A stretch of 64,000 nt of DNA from Octopus bimaculoides (GCF_001194135.2 NC_068987.1:18326804-18390803), one strand, 5' to 3'. Positions 37,719 to 52,489 are shown, counted from the first letter of the stretch. Notes: a model not told the origin generated them from the sequence alone. Program-made: numbers and translations.

Positions 37719-39981
37719 CGATTAAAACCTTATGAACTTTTCTTTCCTTTCCTCATCATTATCAACTCAATGTCCATTTTTATATGCTTGCACGGATCAG
37801 ATAGAACTTATTGTATTTATCATACTCATCATCATCATCATCGTACATCTGCTTTCCTTGCTGACATAAGCTGAATGGGTCACTACATCAGCACATTTTC
37901 ATGGAGGGTTGGAGAGGGGTTACTGCTCAACTAGGTGGATCAGAGGACTACATGTAGCTCTCTGTATCCAGTTGTGTGCAATAGAATTATGAATAATACA
38001 TGTATCACGAAGGATTTTCTCATAAAGCCTTAAATTATATTCCTAAAAATTCATGACCTACCTTTTGAGAACCTCTGCTTTGTATTCTAAGTTCAAAGTT
38101 TGCCTTTCATCCTTTTCAGAGCAGTTTGCGAAATAAGTACCAGTTATACACTAAGGTCAATTCAATGAATTATGTCTTCCACTTTAAAGGGGGTTTTTTT
38201 TTGTTTCCTTTTGGGTTTTTTTATTTTGTTTTGTTGTTTTGTTTTGTTTTGTTTTTTCTCCTGATCAAAAGAACTTTCTATTGATCTGCCATAAACATTG
38301 CTTTTCCAGTTAGCTGGTGATGGAATAATCTCTGAATGATCTATCTCTTGAAAACGCCACAAAAGAAAAAGCCAAAAAAAAAAAAATGCTATTCTCTTGC
38401 TTCTGTTCTTGCATTGTTGCAACCAAGTTGTGATGTTAAAGTAACAGGAGCAGTCACTGCCATACACAGTGTTGTTGTTGTTGTTGTTGTTGTCATTTTA
38501 ACACTACATACTCCAAGAAAGATGAAATAAATAACTCAGCAATAAACAAGCTAACAAAGGAACCTCTAGGTGTTGTTGAGCTAACCAGAAATAGCAGTCA
38601 AATCTCCCTTAAATCTCAAAGATGTAAGACAGAAAAAAAAACCTTCAATAAAGAAACCAACAGGGAAGTATCTATGTAGTTACTGTGTCAGCCAGAAATG
38701 ACAGTCAAATCTCTCTTAAATCACACTCTGCAATCTTAAAAATAAACAAAAAATAAAGCCACATGAGTGGATTTGGTAAGCAGAACCTGAAAGAAGCCTG
38801 TTGTGTGTGTGTATGTGTGTGTGTGTGTGTGTGTGCATACCCATGTGTGTGCACTCATATTTGCTCCAGTTCACTCACCTGTAGAAATGAGTTGTGATGT
38901 CACTGGTGTCAAGCTGTGTCAGCCTTTGCCTTTCCCTTGGATAGCATCAGTGACATGGAGAGGGGAACAGGGTGACTGCTGGTCTTCCACAAACAAGTCT
39001 TGCCCAGACTTGTGCCTTGGGGGGGGGGGACTTTCTAGGTGCAATCCCATGGTCATTCATGACCAAAGGGAGTCTTTACCCTGATGGTTGTAAACAAAGG
39101 TCACTATCATAATGCTGTCCATTTCCAGTCTTCCATTAACTATGTGTCTGGTCATGGGGAAATATTGCCTTGTTTGAAAGCAAGTGATGGTTGGCAAAAA
39201 TAGACATCTGGCAATAGGAAGACTATATACTGCATTAATATTCAAATAGGATGGTCACAGTTGGAACATACTTTGATCATAGGTCTACTGAATCAGGGTT
39301 GACCTGCAGTTAATCAAAAATTATTCAGTAAAGTTAGATATTTAAAATATAAACATTGATTGTTTGTAATTATTTCACAATTGGGTTTTTCTATTCACTT
39401 TAATTTAATTATTTATTTTGCATGTTTGGGCTTGTAATGTAAATTATTTGGTGACTTTACTACTGTTAGTGCCATGTAAAAAGCACCCTGTCCTTGCTGT
39501 AAAGTGACTGGCATTAGGAAGGGCATCCAACCATAAAAACCATGCCAAAGGAGACAGTAGAATTCGGTGCAGCCTTTTGATTCACCATCTCCTGTCAAAC
39601 CAGCCAACCCATGCCAGCATAGAAAGCAACCATTAAATTATAGTAATGATGATGATGCTTGTATTGGTTAAATATTTCTGTGAATTTAGACATTTGTGTG
39701 AATTGTACTGCTAATAAAGGCGGGAAAGGCTTCATCTCGCATTATCTCAAAGCTACGAGAATTCAATAACGTGATTTGTTTATTTTTTTAGCGATTTCGT
39801 AGAGCTTTCGGATATGGCCGGATCCGGCCGGTTTGAACACTAAGGGTTATTATATCCAGATTAATATATTTAGATTATTGTTCTCATTTTGGTTGTTATA
39901 ATCACATTTTGGCTGTTATATCTTCTGGTTTTCTGTCATATTTTTAATAACTTCCTCAGAAATTTAGACCACACTCCCTCT

Positions 39982-40077
<96 letters not shown>

Positions 40078-41387
40078 AATAGTCATAGTCACAGCAAATT
40101 TTTGAAGTCTGATTCATTTCCTACTGTCATCCACTTCAGTTATGGAACAGGAAGAGGCAGAGAACCAGAGAGATTGGTGAAGATGCCTAATGACAAAATT
40201 AAAAGGGATCCATAATCTAAAAGTAATTTTCTCCAGCAGAAAGCTTTTGTTTTGTTTTTCTCTTTAACTTTCCCTATGAATTACTGTAGCATTCTTCAGA
40301 TTTCCTTCGACTCGGTTTCCTCAGAAATTCTTTGATGTATGGCTTTTCTATTTTTTATCTTGTTACAGTCATTAGACTGTGGCCATACTGGGGCACCACC
40401 TCGAAGGGTTTAGTCAAATGCATCAACCCCCACTACATTTTTTTTTTGTTATTTTTTAAAGTCAGGTCCTTATTCTATTGGTCTCTTTTTCATGAATTGC
40501 TAAGTTTCAGTGATGTAAACAAACCAGCACTGGTCGTCAGGTGGCAATGATTAGCTGCCCAGGCCTGTAGTGGAAGACACTTTCACAAGGTACCTATTTC
40601 AGTCTTTATGTTAAGTGGGTCTATCTAGAAAGCTACAAGGTTTTAATCTTGGTGGGGAACTAAGAATGCGGCACTTCAGCATCAAAACCACAGTTACTTC
40701 ATTTCATTGCATTTTAGTAAATAAGGGAGTTTGGTGTGTGTGTGTTTTTGTTTGTGTTTTATCATGAATCATCATTATATCAGTTTTATTTATATATTAG
40801 TTAATTTATTAATTAATTAGTCTAGCTTATGTTTCATAGTATTCTATTGTTTATTGATTGCTTCTTCCAACAATGGACTTCTCTGAAGGTTTCTTCTATA
40901 CTTTGGTTGCGGAAAGTTCATGGCATTTATTTTCATTCCTAGCAAACGCCAAGTATACCCACACATGCAGACACAAAGCAACAGAGTCGATCTTTAGTTC
41001 TAATTGAAGAAGCCAATTAGAAAGCCTTTATATATATATACAGTCACTCGTCGTACGAGAAATAGCAGCCAAAATTTCCTCAACTTACAAATTATCGTCT
41101 TGAAAACAAAGGTATACGTTGCATAATGTAGTCCGAGGTATACAATGCATAAAAGAAAATAAGATGGTGAGGTCATGGCTGGAATATCTGTTATCAAAGC
41201 TCTGTGCAATCAGAACTGGCACCCACACATGCTTGCATGCACACATGTATGAGAAATTACAATAAGCAGAAGTTTATATCGTTTGTTCCTAAATATATTT
41301 CTCCATTGAGAAGCAAACTGGATGATGATAATTTCTGTGGAGCCCCAAACTCAACTGTAGCAGTCATACATCTAATTGTATTAACAG

Positions 41388-41432
<45 letters not shown>

Positions 41433-42021
41433 GCATATACGACTGGCTTCTTTCAGTTTCTATCTGCCAAAGCCATTCACAAAGTTTGGTCAGCCCAGGG
41501 CTTTTATGGAAGACACTCATCTAATGGTACCATGCAGTGGAACTGAACCCAAAACCAAGAAGAGAAAAGCCTATAAATTATTACAGTTGGTAGTATTGGT
41601 TCTACTTGAGTTGTCATGTTCGCTAGTATAAATGCAGTGAACCAGTGACTAGGCTATAATAAACAACGCTGTTGTTTACAAAATATGACAGAAAATAAAT
41701 CGCTCATGCATTTGCCTCCGCTCTTTAGTAATTCTTCAATGGACCCCATTCTTGTGAGGTTCTATTTTATTGCAATGACAATATGGATTATTATTCATTT
41801 TTAATAACTCCTTCTTATTGATTTCACTGAACCAGATGTTTATTTATCTTTATATCCAGTATCTTTCTGTGTTATCATCATCATCATCATCGTCATTGTT
41901 GTCATTGTTACCGTTTTGCCTGTTATCCAAAATTTTGCTTGGGTTGAGCTGAAGCAATTTAGAATAGAAAAGACTAAGAATTTGGTCTATCTACAGATGT
42001 GTGCCCTCAGCTCACCACCAA

Positions 42022-42740
42022 CTTTTGTTTCCTCATAACTTTCTGAAAAATGCATGTCTTTTTAATGAAATTTTCCAGAGAAACGTTTTTTTTTTGGTGG
42101 GGGGAGTTTAGATAGTATAGATAACAGTTATATCGGAATTTGTTGTGAAATTTTTTTTGGTGGGAATGGTGGGTGGAAAATTCACAAACTTTGATTTTAT
42201 TTCCTCATAATTTTCAGAAAAATGTATTTCTTTTATTAAAATTTTCCAGAGATATCTCCTTTTGAGTTAGTGTAGCTTACAATTATATCAGAATTTGTTG
42301 TGAATTTTTTTCTCTTTTTTCTTTCAAGAGCTGGAAGGAGTTTTGGATAATTCACACAATTTGAGTCTCTTTCCTCATAAATTTCAAAAAAACACGTGTT
42401 TTTTTAATGAGATTTTTCAGAGGTAAATTTCAGATAGTATAGATTACAATCATATCAGCATATTTGGTGATAATTTTTGTCAAGGAGGNNNNNNNNNNNN
42501 NNNNNNNNNNNNNNNNNNNNNNNNNNNNNNNNNNNNNNNNNNNNNNNNNNNNNNNNNNNNNNNNNNNNNNNNNNNNNNNNNNNNNNNNNNNNNNNNNNNG
42601 TGAAGAGTTTCTGAAAATTTACTCACTATGATCTGCCTCATAACTTTGTGGAAAAGGCATATTTTTTTAATAAAATTTTCTACAAATACATTTCAGATAG
42701 CATAGATTACGATTATGTCTTGAAAATTTCATTTCATTAA
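42022..42740. repeat. Degenerate tandem repeat, unit about 171 bp, four copies (spans an N-gap)
   Basis: The anchor cctcataa recurs at 42031, 42203, 42373 and 42636, each followed by a related gaaaaatg...attttccagag...tagtatagattacaattatatcagaatttgttgtga sequence. Confidence 0.75.
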
Positions 42741-42958
42741 AATATATTAAATTCACTCTATTCCAGAAAGGAAGGATGTAGAATTGTCTTCAGAAGTCAA
42801 TTTTATTTTCAACATCATTGTAATCTACATCATTCAAAATGTATGAAGAAACAAAGTCTAATTTTCTACACTAAATTCCAAAATAATTGTATTGTACTTT
42901 ATCAGAAATGTATTTGTAAAAACAATTTCATTTATACATACATACATACATACATACA

Positions 42959-43277
42959 TGTTGGCACTCCGTCGCTTATGACGTCGTGGGTTCCAGTTGA
43001 TCCGATCAACAGAACAGCCTGCTCGTGAAATTAACGTGCAAGTGGCTGAGCACTCCACAGACACGTGTACCCTTAACGTAGTTCTCGGGAATATTCAGCA
43101 TGACACAGTGTGACAAGGCTGACCCTTTGAATTACAGGCACAACAGAAACAGGAAGCCTCGTGGAGCTTTAGGTGTTTTCGCTCAATAAACACTCACAAC
43201 GCCCAGTCTGGAAATCGAAACCGCGATCCTATGACCGCAAGTCCGCTGCCCTAACCACTGGGCCATTGCGCCTCCAC
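42959..43277 (-). mobile_element. SINE family C with an internal deletion of about 60 bp, inserted in (CATA)n
   Basis: Matches 55915-56305 but jumps from gaaacaggaag directly to cctcgtggag. Confidence 0.88.
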
Positions 43278-43525
43278 ACATACATACAGACATGTGTGTA
43301 TATATATGTATTTATATATATATGTATATGCATTTTTCAGAAATTTATGAACTGATACCATGTTGTAGAAAGGAAAGGGTCATATATCTGCAAACCATGT
43401 TAAGTTCATGTCTTGATTCCAATCCCATCTTGGAACCATTTTATTTCAGTTACATCAGTAATGTCCTTGAGAAAGAGATGAACATTAAGCAATCTTGTTT
43501 CCTTGCTTTGTATATTTTCCAGCTT

Positions 43526-43817
43526 TGTGTCTACATCAATATATATTTTTACTCCGGAGACAACACACTAACATAACTAGTTTCAATATTTCTCTTCTCA
43601 TTTATTCACTTATTGTCTAACTAACAGCATTTTAGCTGTGTTATGTAATTTAGCAGAGACTGATTCTTCGTGTTTATATCAATATATATATATTTTAGTC
43701 TGGAGATAACATACTAACGTAGCTAGTTTCAATATTTCTCTTATCATTTATTCATTTATTGTCAAACTAACAGTATTTTAGCTGTGTAATAGAACTACTC
43801 TGTGTGCCTATATCAAT
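43526..43817. repeat. Tandem duplication, 146-bp unit
   Basis: ACTAAC motifs at 43567/43713 and 43620/43766, exactly 146 bp apart, with alignable flanks. Confidence 0.85.
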
Positions 43818-44047
43818 GCCATCATCATCATCATCATCATCGTTTTAATGTTCACTTTTCCATTCGTGCATGGGTCAGGTAGAATTTTCTACAGCCAGAT
43901 GCCTTTCTCATCACCAACCCGCGCTTATTTCCATGTAAGGTAATAATATTTCCTCATGACCAAACACAGAAGACTGAAAATGAAGAACCACTTGAATAGC
44001 AGTACACTCACCTATAACTGTCACATGATGTCAGGACAAGGAGGTAG

Positions 44048-44096
<49 letters not shown>

Positions 44097-46706
44097 NNNN
44101 NNNNNNNNNNNNNNNNNNNNNNNNNNNNNNNNNNNNNNNNNNNNNNNNNNNNNNNNNNNNNNNNNNNNNNNNNNNNNNNNNNNNNNNNNNNNNNNNNNNN
44201 NNNNNNNNNNNNNNNNNNNNNNNNNNNNNNNNNNNNNNNNNNNNNNNNNNNNNNNNNNNNNNNNNNNNNNNNNNNNNNNNNNNNNNNNNNNNNNNNNNNN
44301 NNNNNNNNNNNNNNNNNNNNNNNNNNNNNNNNNNNNNNNNNNNNNNNNNNNNNNNNNNNNNNNNNNNNNNNNNNNNNNNNNNNNNNNNNNNNNNNNNNNN
44401 NNNNNNNNNNNNNNNNNNNNNNNNNNNNNNNNNNNNNNNNNNNNNNNNNNNNNNNNNNNNNNNNNNNNNNNNNNNNNNNNNNNNNNNNNNNNNNNNNNNN
44501 NNNNNNNNNNNNNNNNNNNNNNNNNNNNNNNNNNNNNNNNNNNNNNNNNNNNNNNNNNNNNNNNNNNNNNNNNNNNNNNNNNNNNNNNNNNNNNNNNNNN
44601 NNNNNNNNNNNNNNNNNNNNNNNNNNNNNNNNNNNNNNNNNNNNNNNNNNNNNNNNNNNNAACTATTTATTACTAAAGATGAAAATATAATTATTTTTGT
44701 CTCGGCACACAAATATGGGAGGCAAAAATTAATTATTTTTATTTGCTCACTACAGATTCTGTGTGTCTGTATATCCCTCGGGCAAGACACTTTTAAACAT
44801 CCATGCTTAAATACCTGATGTGTAATTAGAGAACATTTATTTCTTACTAGTTCCATCGCTTCTTTCCCCTTCTCTGTCTACCCCCCGCCCCCAGCAAATA
44901 GCTGCTATTATTCAATTATTTACTTTATCTTTTCTATTTTACCCTGTTCCAGTCATTGGACTGCAGCCATGCTGGGACACCACCTTGAAGGGTTTAGTTA
45001 AACAAATCAACACCATTGCTTTTTTTATTTTTTTTTTTTTATCAAGTCTGGTACTTTTGGCTGAAGCTAAGTTACAGGGACATACACAAACCAACACCAG
45101 ACATCAAGTGGCAGTGGAAACAAACACAAACACCAAGATGCACACATAGATATAGATATATATGTATATACATATATTCTTTCAGTTACGAAATTCATTC
45201 ACAGAGCTTTGGTCAGTCTAGGTGTATAGTAGAAGATACCTGACCAGTAGTGTGGAGAAAGAAGTCTTGCATCTAGACTAACTACCAGTCTTCCTCAAAA
45301 AACCCTTGGACCAAACCTGAGCACATAATTGGGCTGATGCAGGACCAGCCTTGACCAACAGAGACCCTAAAAATTAGACTTGCTTGGTATAACAAAGTAT
45401 GTTCCCAGTTCTGCTGGAAATCTAAATTTCTTTTGTATTTTCACTGGGTTTAACTTCATACCATTTTCTCATTCATGGATTCTTTATTCTAATGTCTCCT
45501 CTGTTTTTGTTGCCTTTTTGTTTTATTTTGTTTTTTGTGTGTGTGATTTTTAATGTTATAGACCTAGCTATTGATTTTATTTTAATTTTCAATTATAGTC
45601 GGTCATATGATAGCTATCTTAACGGTTTGAAATAAAGATTAATGATATATATTCTAACTGGTAATGTGATGTAGTTTCAAGTTTTTAAGTACACAAGACT
45701 TTCAAATGGTCGGCACATTAATTTAGTTTCTGACGTAGCAGCCGATGGTTTAATTTGACATTCTGTATTCCAAACTTCATGGTTGTGTTGATTTTCTGAC
45801 AGTTTTTTTTAATTCTCTGTCTCACACTCTCTTTCTCTCTCGTCTCTCTCTCCCCACTCTCTCCTCTCTCTAATACTCTGTCTGTACAGAAGTACTATAC
45901 TGAGGTACAGTTCACACACTAGAAGCTGTAAAGCCAATCTGAAACGGATTGTCATTATCATATCACTTTCATCACCATCTCCACCACCATCATCAGGGTC
46001 GTTAGCACACAGGACAAAATGCTTAGTGGCATTTCTTCTGACTTTACATTGAGTTCAACTTCTGCTGAGGTCAGCTTTGCCTTTCATCCTTTCAAGGTCC
46101 ATAAAATGAATACCAGTTTAGCACTGGGGTCAAACTAATTGACTTGCCCCCTTCCCCAATATTTCAGGCATTGTGTCTACAGTAGAAAGTATTATCATTA
46201 TTATTATTACTGTTTATATCCATTTATTGCGTGAGTCAGATGGCCCTCCCAGCAGTACAGAATCTTGCCATTCGTTGTAGTCCTTTGTCATCTCCATCAT
46301 TGAATACCATATCCTGAGATCAGCTCTGTACTACTTCTTATAACCTCCTGATGATGAGGCTATTGTGTGGGTCTTCAAGATATGAGGTTAGTAGAAATAA
46401 AAGAAGAAAAGAACTAGGAGTGTGGTTGCAAAGTGTATGGGAGAATGGGAGATAGAGAATGGGTAAGACAGTGTGTGTGTGTGTGTGTGTGTGTAGACTC
46501 TGTGCTTTCCACGCATTTTCAATCAAAACTCCCACAAGTTAACATGGAATCCCTTGATGACAATGTAACATTCATTCATTTTACTAAGGTATCTTTGATT
46601 TGATGGGTAGCTAGCAGAGTACCCTCATTGAGTAATTACTCCTTATGAAGTTCTGCTAGCTAGGAAACATATGTAGCCTGGAGTTTACCTACTCCATTCC
46701 CTAAAT

Positions 46707-46752
<46 letters not shown>

Positions 46753-48525
46753 GAAATATGTTAAAAAAACAAAATAGAAACTATACGTGGAAATATAAGG
46801 GGAAAGTAAGCAGAAAAATAAGAGAAAATGCACATTTGAAATCAAAAAGAAGGTAAGGCTTTTTATGAAAAGTAATGATATATATATACAATTAGATGAA
46901 CTCAGGTAGGAATAAAGGTAATAAAAGTCATTATTGTGAGTTATTAAAGAGATTTATAAGCATACCGGTTTCGTAATGATACTAGTCATTGCTTTGAGTA
47001 TACACCAAATTCTGAACAGTGTCAAGTCTATTAGTCCCTTAGTAAAAAGATTATGTGTAAGAGAGGTAAGTGTGTGTATATATATATACATACTACAGAC
47101 TTCTTTCAGTTTCCGTTTACCAAATTCCCTCACAAGGCTTTGGTCAGCCCAAAGCTATAGGAGACGACACTTACCTAAGGTGGGACACAACCCAGAACCA
47201 TATGGTTAGGAAGCAAGCTTCTTACCACACAGCCACTCTTGCACCTGTGGAAGCTATCGTAGTGATGTGTCAGAAAAAGACTGTGTTATTGAAATTGTGG
47301 TAACAGTGTAGGAGAAGGTGTTGTAATGGTTTCACTATAATTCATTGTAGGAGCTATGATAGTTGTGTTGCAGGAAGTGTTGTAGTTACTGTGGTTAATG
47401 CATTGTTAGTTCCACAGTTGGTGTAAGACCATTTCTGTAGTTTCCCTAATACATGAAAAGTGTGTAGAGTTGTCAGAAATAACATGACAAATCCTGTAAA
47501 AATATAAACTCAAAACAAAATATACATAAAAAAAAAATATTTTATTTAGAAAAACAACATTTTTTAATACATTCAGCTCAAAGCAATCTCACTACTTCCA
47601 CAATCTTAAAAATCTGTTTTGCTTCTTCTTTAAATAGCAACATGTTTGTTTGTTTCTCTGTATTTAGTAAAAAAAATTACACATTTCATGAGTTTAGTAT
47701 TTCAAGGTTGTGGATTGTTTTGATTTTAAAAAAATTATTCTTTTTTTAAATTTTATTTTCTGATTTATTGTTGGTTAGTAATTTTAAACTTCACCGTGAC
47801 ATTATTTATGTATTTATTTATTTACTTATTTTAATAACAAGTGGGTTATGATTTGCATACAGAAATAATTAACGTACAGATGTTATGTTCCGAAATATGC
47901 TGTAAATTGTACGTACTTTATTAAAGGACTGAAACAGCACCTCTCCTACAATATAAACTCTCTGTCTCAATTATAATTTTATTATTGCAATATCTTCACG
48001 GGAGAGGTTGGTGGGGGGGAGGGTTGTTTGTTTGTTTTTATGCAGGCCTAGGTCTATATAATGTCCTTCAGAGTTAGCAATTTATATCAGCATGATTTTT
48101 TTTTTTTATTCCGCACTGGTCGGTGAGGGAGTGTTTGAATATCAGGTAAAGTCACGATATCATGTAGAGTGCTATAAAGAATTAATGACTTCGTAACTGA
48201 AAGCTAAGTAATATTTAAACGTGTATAAGTATATAGCTAGATAGATATGTATATAAGTGTGGGCGGTGGGGGGAAGTGTATGTATATATACTTGAGTATT
48301 TATATGTATGTATGCATACGTACATGCATGTATTTATATGTATGTATGCATATGTACATGTGTGTATCTATATATATATGTATGTACGCATACGTACATG
48401 TGTGTATTTATATATATATGTATGTACGCATACGTACATGCGTGTATTTGTATGTATGCATATATACATATGTGTATTTATATATATATATATATATATG
48501 TTATTCTTATACAAGTATGTTATTC

Positions 48526-48570
48526 ACAGTGACTTCGAAGTTTCACCCAGCTAAGCCATTATCAGATTGC
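48526..48570 (-). ncRNA. Degenerate second copy of the same hammerhead motif
   Basis: Minus strand reads GCAAT-CTGATAA-TGGCTTAGCTGGGT-GAAA-C-TTCGAA-GT-C-ACTGT. Stem III is the perfect palindrome ACTTCGAAGT followed by GUC, but the core has G8>A and stem I/II are damaged. Confidence 0.5.
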
Positions 48571-50297
48571 CCATCAGATTAATGTAAAATAAAAACAAGC
48601 ATTAATACGTATGTATGCATGCATGTATGTATTATACACACGTACATTGAAAGAGAGAGAGGGGCTGTGTGGTTAAAGTTTGTTTCCCAATCACATGGTT
48701 TCAGGGTCAGGTTCAATCCCAGTGTGCAGCGCCATGGACAAACATCTATTTTAACCATGGGCCAACCAATGCCTCAAGAGTTGAGTTGGTATTCAGACAG
48801 AAACTGACAGAAACCCAGCATAGATATACATGTGTGTGCATGTGAGAGAGAGAGGGGGAGTTTGTGTGTGAGTGAGTGAATGGGTGAGAGTGAGTGAGTC
48901 TTTGTGTTTGTTTACATTTGCTCTTCTCTGAAAATCACTCAGCTACAGGTGGTGATGTTGCTATCACATCTGCCATCAACAAGTTATTTGTTGGCTTTGC
49001 ACTTTCAAAGACATGTGAAATAAAGAGATCCCTTACTTGAAAAACAGGTAAGGGTTAGCAACAAGAAATGTACCCACCTGTTAAACAATACTTCAATGAT
49101 ATATGCATCTCTTCTTAACAAAAGGTGTATGTGTGTATGGGCGCATACACACACACACACATTGTCCAACCCACGCAAGCATGAAAGATGGAAGTTAGAA
49201 GTCAATGATGTGTGTGTGTATACAAGAGAGGGAGAGATCTATATGTGTGTATAGATAGATGAAATGTGTATGAAAATTCATTACCTATCAATTCTTATTT
49301 TTTTCTCCAAAGTAAGAGACATTTAAAGAAGTACTAATAATAAATCAGGCATTAGAATTCTTGACACAGTAAACTAATTAAATGTAAATTTTTTGAAAGT
49401 ATTTCTTGTCTATTTTAATTTGCTTTAGATAAATATTGATGGATTGCTTTCTGGTTTGATATATGCATTAAGTCTTGGTCTGTGTATTAAAAGAAAAACA
49501 ATGAGATGTTGTGTTGTTCATACATTTACCAAGGACATCAGGTTATATTTTACCAAAAACAAATTGTTTTTTTTTATATTTTATTTCTTATTTTCTTATG
49601 CTACATGAGTTTAGTTTTTTTGCTCAAAACATTGTGCTATAAGAAAATATAGTTTGAGGGAATGTTTCTTAAAAATGTAGAATGCATCATTTAAGAATTT
49701 ATTACCCTTTAGGTATGAAACCAATCAACAGAGGAAAGCATTAAAAAAAATATCAGTAGCAATGAATGATAAACTATTAATATTTCTATAACTGTTTTCC
49801 TTTTTTGAAGGGTTTTTTTTTACCCGAAGTATGAGGAATTAATTATTCTTTAGTTTGCATTGTAAGCTTTCTGTTAAATTCTATGAGAGAAATAATTTCA
49901 ATCAAGGATATTTGTTAGGTCTTACCTTGGCTCTGTGCCCTCAAGGCCTAACAGCGTCATAGAGATGCCATCATGACACCCAGCATATTTTGGGCATTTT
50001 TAGGCATGACAGAACCCATCCCTTTCCAGATATGACCATCACCAACTTTTTAGAAAAGAAAGAAAAGAGAGAAGAATCACAGTACAGGACTGATATTTTA
50101 ATGACCCTGAAAGAATGAAAGGCTAAGTTGACATTTTATATATATATATATATATCATCATCATCATCATCGTTTAACGTCCGCCTTCCATGCTAGCATG
50201 GGTTGGACGATTTGACTGAGGAGTGGTGAAACCGGATGGCAACACCAGACTCCAATCTAATTTGGCAGAGTTTCTACAGCTGGATGCCCTTCCTAAC

Positions 50298-50822
50298 GCT
50301 TGCTTTTGCTATGGTGCAAGCACTAGTGATATATGCACAGTGCATACATACACTTATACATATAAAATTAAGGGTATCTGACATTGCAAAATAACATGTT
50401 TCTAGCTGAAACTGCCCTCCATTTGGATATATATATATATATATAACAAGAACACAACAGACAACAATAAAACATCTGGACAGATAGATGATGCAAAGAT
50501 GGACAGGAAAAAACAAGGATGGGTCATTCGCAGCCTCCTCTCATCAGTCAAGTTACCAAATTATCCTTACAGTTTCAGGCAGTTACACTTGAGACTGTTC
50601 AAATCTGGCTGCCCCCAAGAATCTAAGCTATGTGCATTAAATTTTGGGGGAGAAAGCAAGCGAATGTGTACAACAGCAAAGACAAAAAAAAACAGAGAAC
50701 ATGATACACAATTACAAATGCAAATAACAAGAAAATAACAACAGGTGTCTCTCAACTAAAAAGAACCCATGCCAGCATGGAAAGCAGGCGCTAAATGATG
50801 ATGATGATATATATACATATAT

Positions 50823-50894
<72 letters not shown>

Positions 50895-51210
50895 ATGCAT
50901 ATATGAGTGTGTGTGTGTAAACATCATCATTTAATGTCCCTTTTTACCTTGTTGGCAGGGGTTGGATGGCTCAACATCAACTGATGAACTAGAGGACTGC
51001 ACCAAGTTCCACTGTCTGCTTTGGCACAGTTTCTACAGCTGAATGTCCTTCCTAACACCAACCACCTCGCAGTATACTGCTTGCTTTTGCTATGGTGCAA
51101 GCACTAGTGATATATGCACAGTGCATACATACACTTATACATATAAAATTAAGGATATCTGACATTGCAAAATAATATGTTTCTAGCTGAAACTGCTCTC
51201 CATTTGGATA
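50298..51210 (+). repeat. Direct duplication of 132 bp (50298-50429 and 51079-51210)
   Basis: gcttgcttttgctatggtgcaagcactag...ccatttggata is present twice with 3 mismatches. Confidence 0.9.
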
Positions 51211-52434
51211 ATGTCACATTCTGATGGGGTTAGACAATTCTAGATTTACCTTCAGGCTTGGCAGGGCTGGAATCTAAAGCCTCAGAATCTAGAGGTTTCC
51301 AGCCAAAGTGTATAATATTTTTGACATTGCCTTAGGCCTTTTGAGAAGGATCCTCGCACGTGAATAGACTTAGGGCCCCTTTTCATCTAAATCCAGTCCT
51401 AGCAGCAAGTTATGTACCATCATATTTCCATCCTTAGTATTTTATGCTTCTCCTGTATTTCCCCACTCATATGTTACACTGGCCAATATTACTAATAGTA
51501 AATTTTTGTATTTGAATATCTAGCATCAATTATAAAGAATACTCGCAACGCAAAATGATTTTCTGATAACAATGAGTAATAAAATACAAATGGCAAGTTC
51601 GCTCCCACCCCTCTCTTCTCTGTGTGTAACAGTTGGTGAGAGGGTAGGTAACCACACACATATGGCTTCATACAACCTAACCTCACATTACCTTATTCTG
51701 TTCTTCACAAAACCACCCTGTGGCCACTCCCAACCCTTAACTTTCAATGATCCAATCAGAATATTGAGCCACTTGCTCTTACTGTATAGTATACAATAAA
51801 TTAATCTATATTATGTGGTTTTATTATGAGAAGTGAATAAAATATGCATGTGCGATTATAATAAATAAACAAGTAATTTTTTTTATGAATAGAAACTTGA
51901 CAAAGGAAAGCTAATAATAAATGTCTTTATAATTAGATATTGAAAACACATATACAAGACAAAACAAAATGGAAATTGAGAAGTATACATATACCCGTAC
52001 GCCCACTCTACATCATTTCCATGGTTTGGTAGAATATCTTACATACACATAGCTGTCCAAATTGACAGAACGTTAACCTTCTCTGTGAAACACCCACATT
52101 TGAAATATGATCTGCAAGTGTTACGCTGTTTTTATGGCCAACAGATTCAAGTATCATTGTGCCTGTCCACTTAGTTGTATGATATATAGTTTTTTATGTG
52201 TCGACACACACACATACACACGTGTGTGTGTGTGTGTGTGTATAGACACATTCTTTTTTTCTCTCCATTTTTTTTACCTCTTTCCAACTGTTTTCTCCCC
52301 TTGTTCCTTTCTGCAGGAGAACATAGACTTGAAACATCAAAGACTTCTTCCATTTTTCTAACTGTCAAACTAATACATCCTGTTTGTTGTTCCCTCTGCT
52401 ATCTGTCTTTTATATTTTTGTAGCATTTTGGACC

Positions 52435-52486
<52 letters not shown>

Positions 52487-52489
52487 ACA

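Noticed and set aside
43956-44856. Long ORFs spanning N-runs (also 56752-57671 and 1785-2171)
   Set aside because: Artefacts of translating through gaps.
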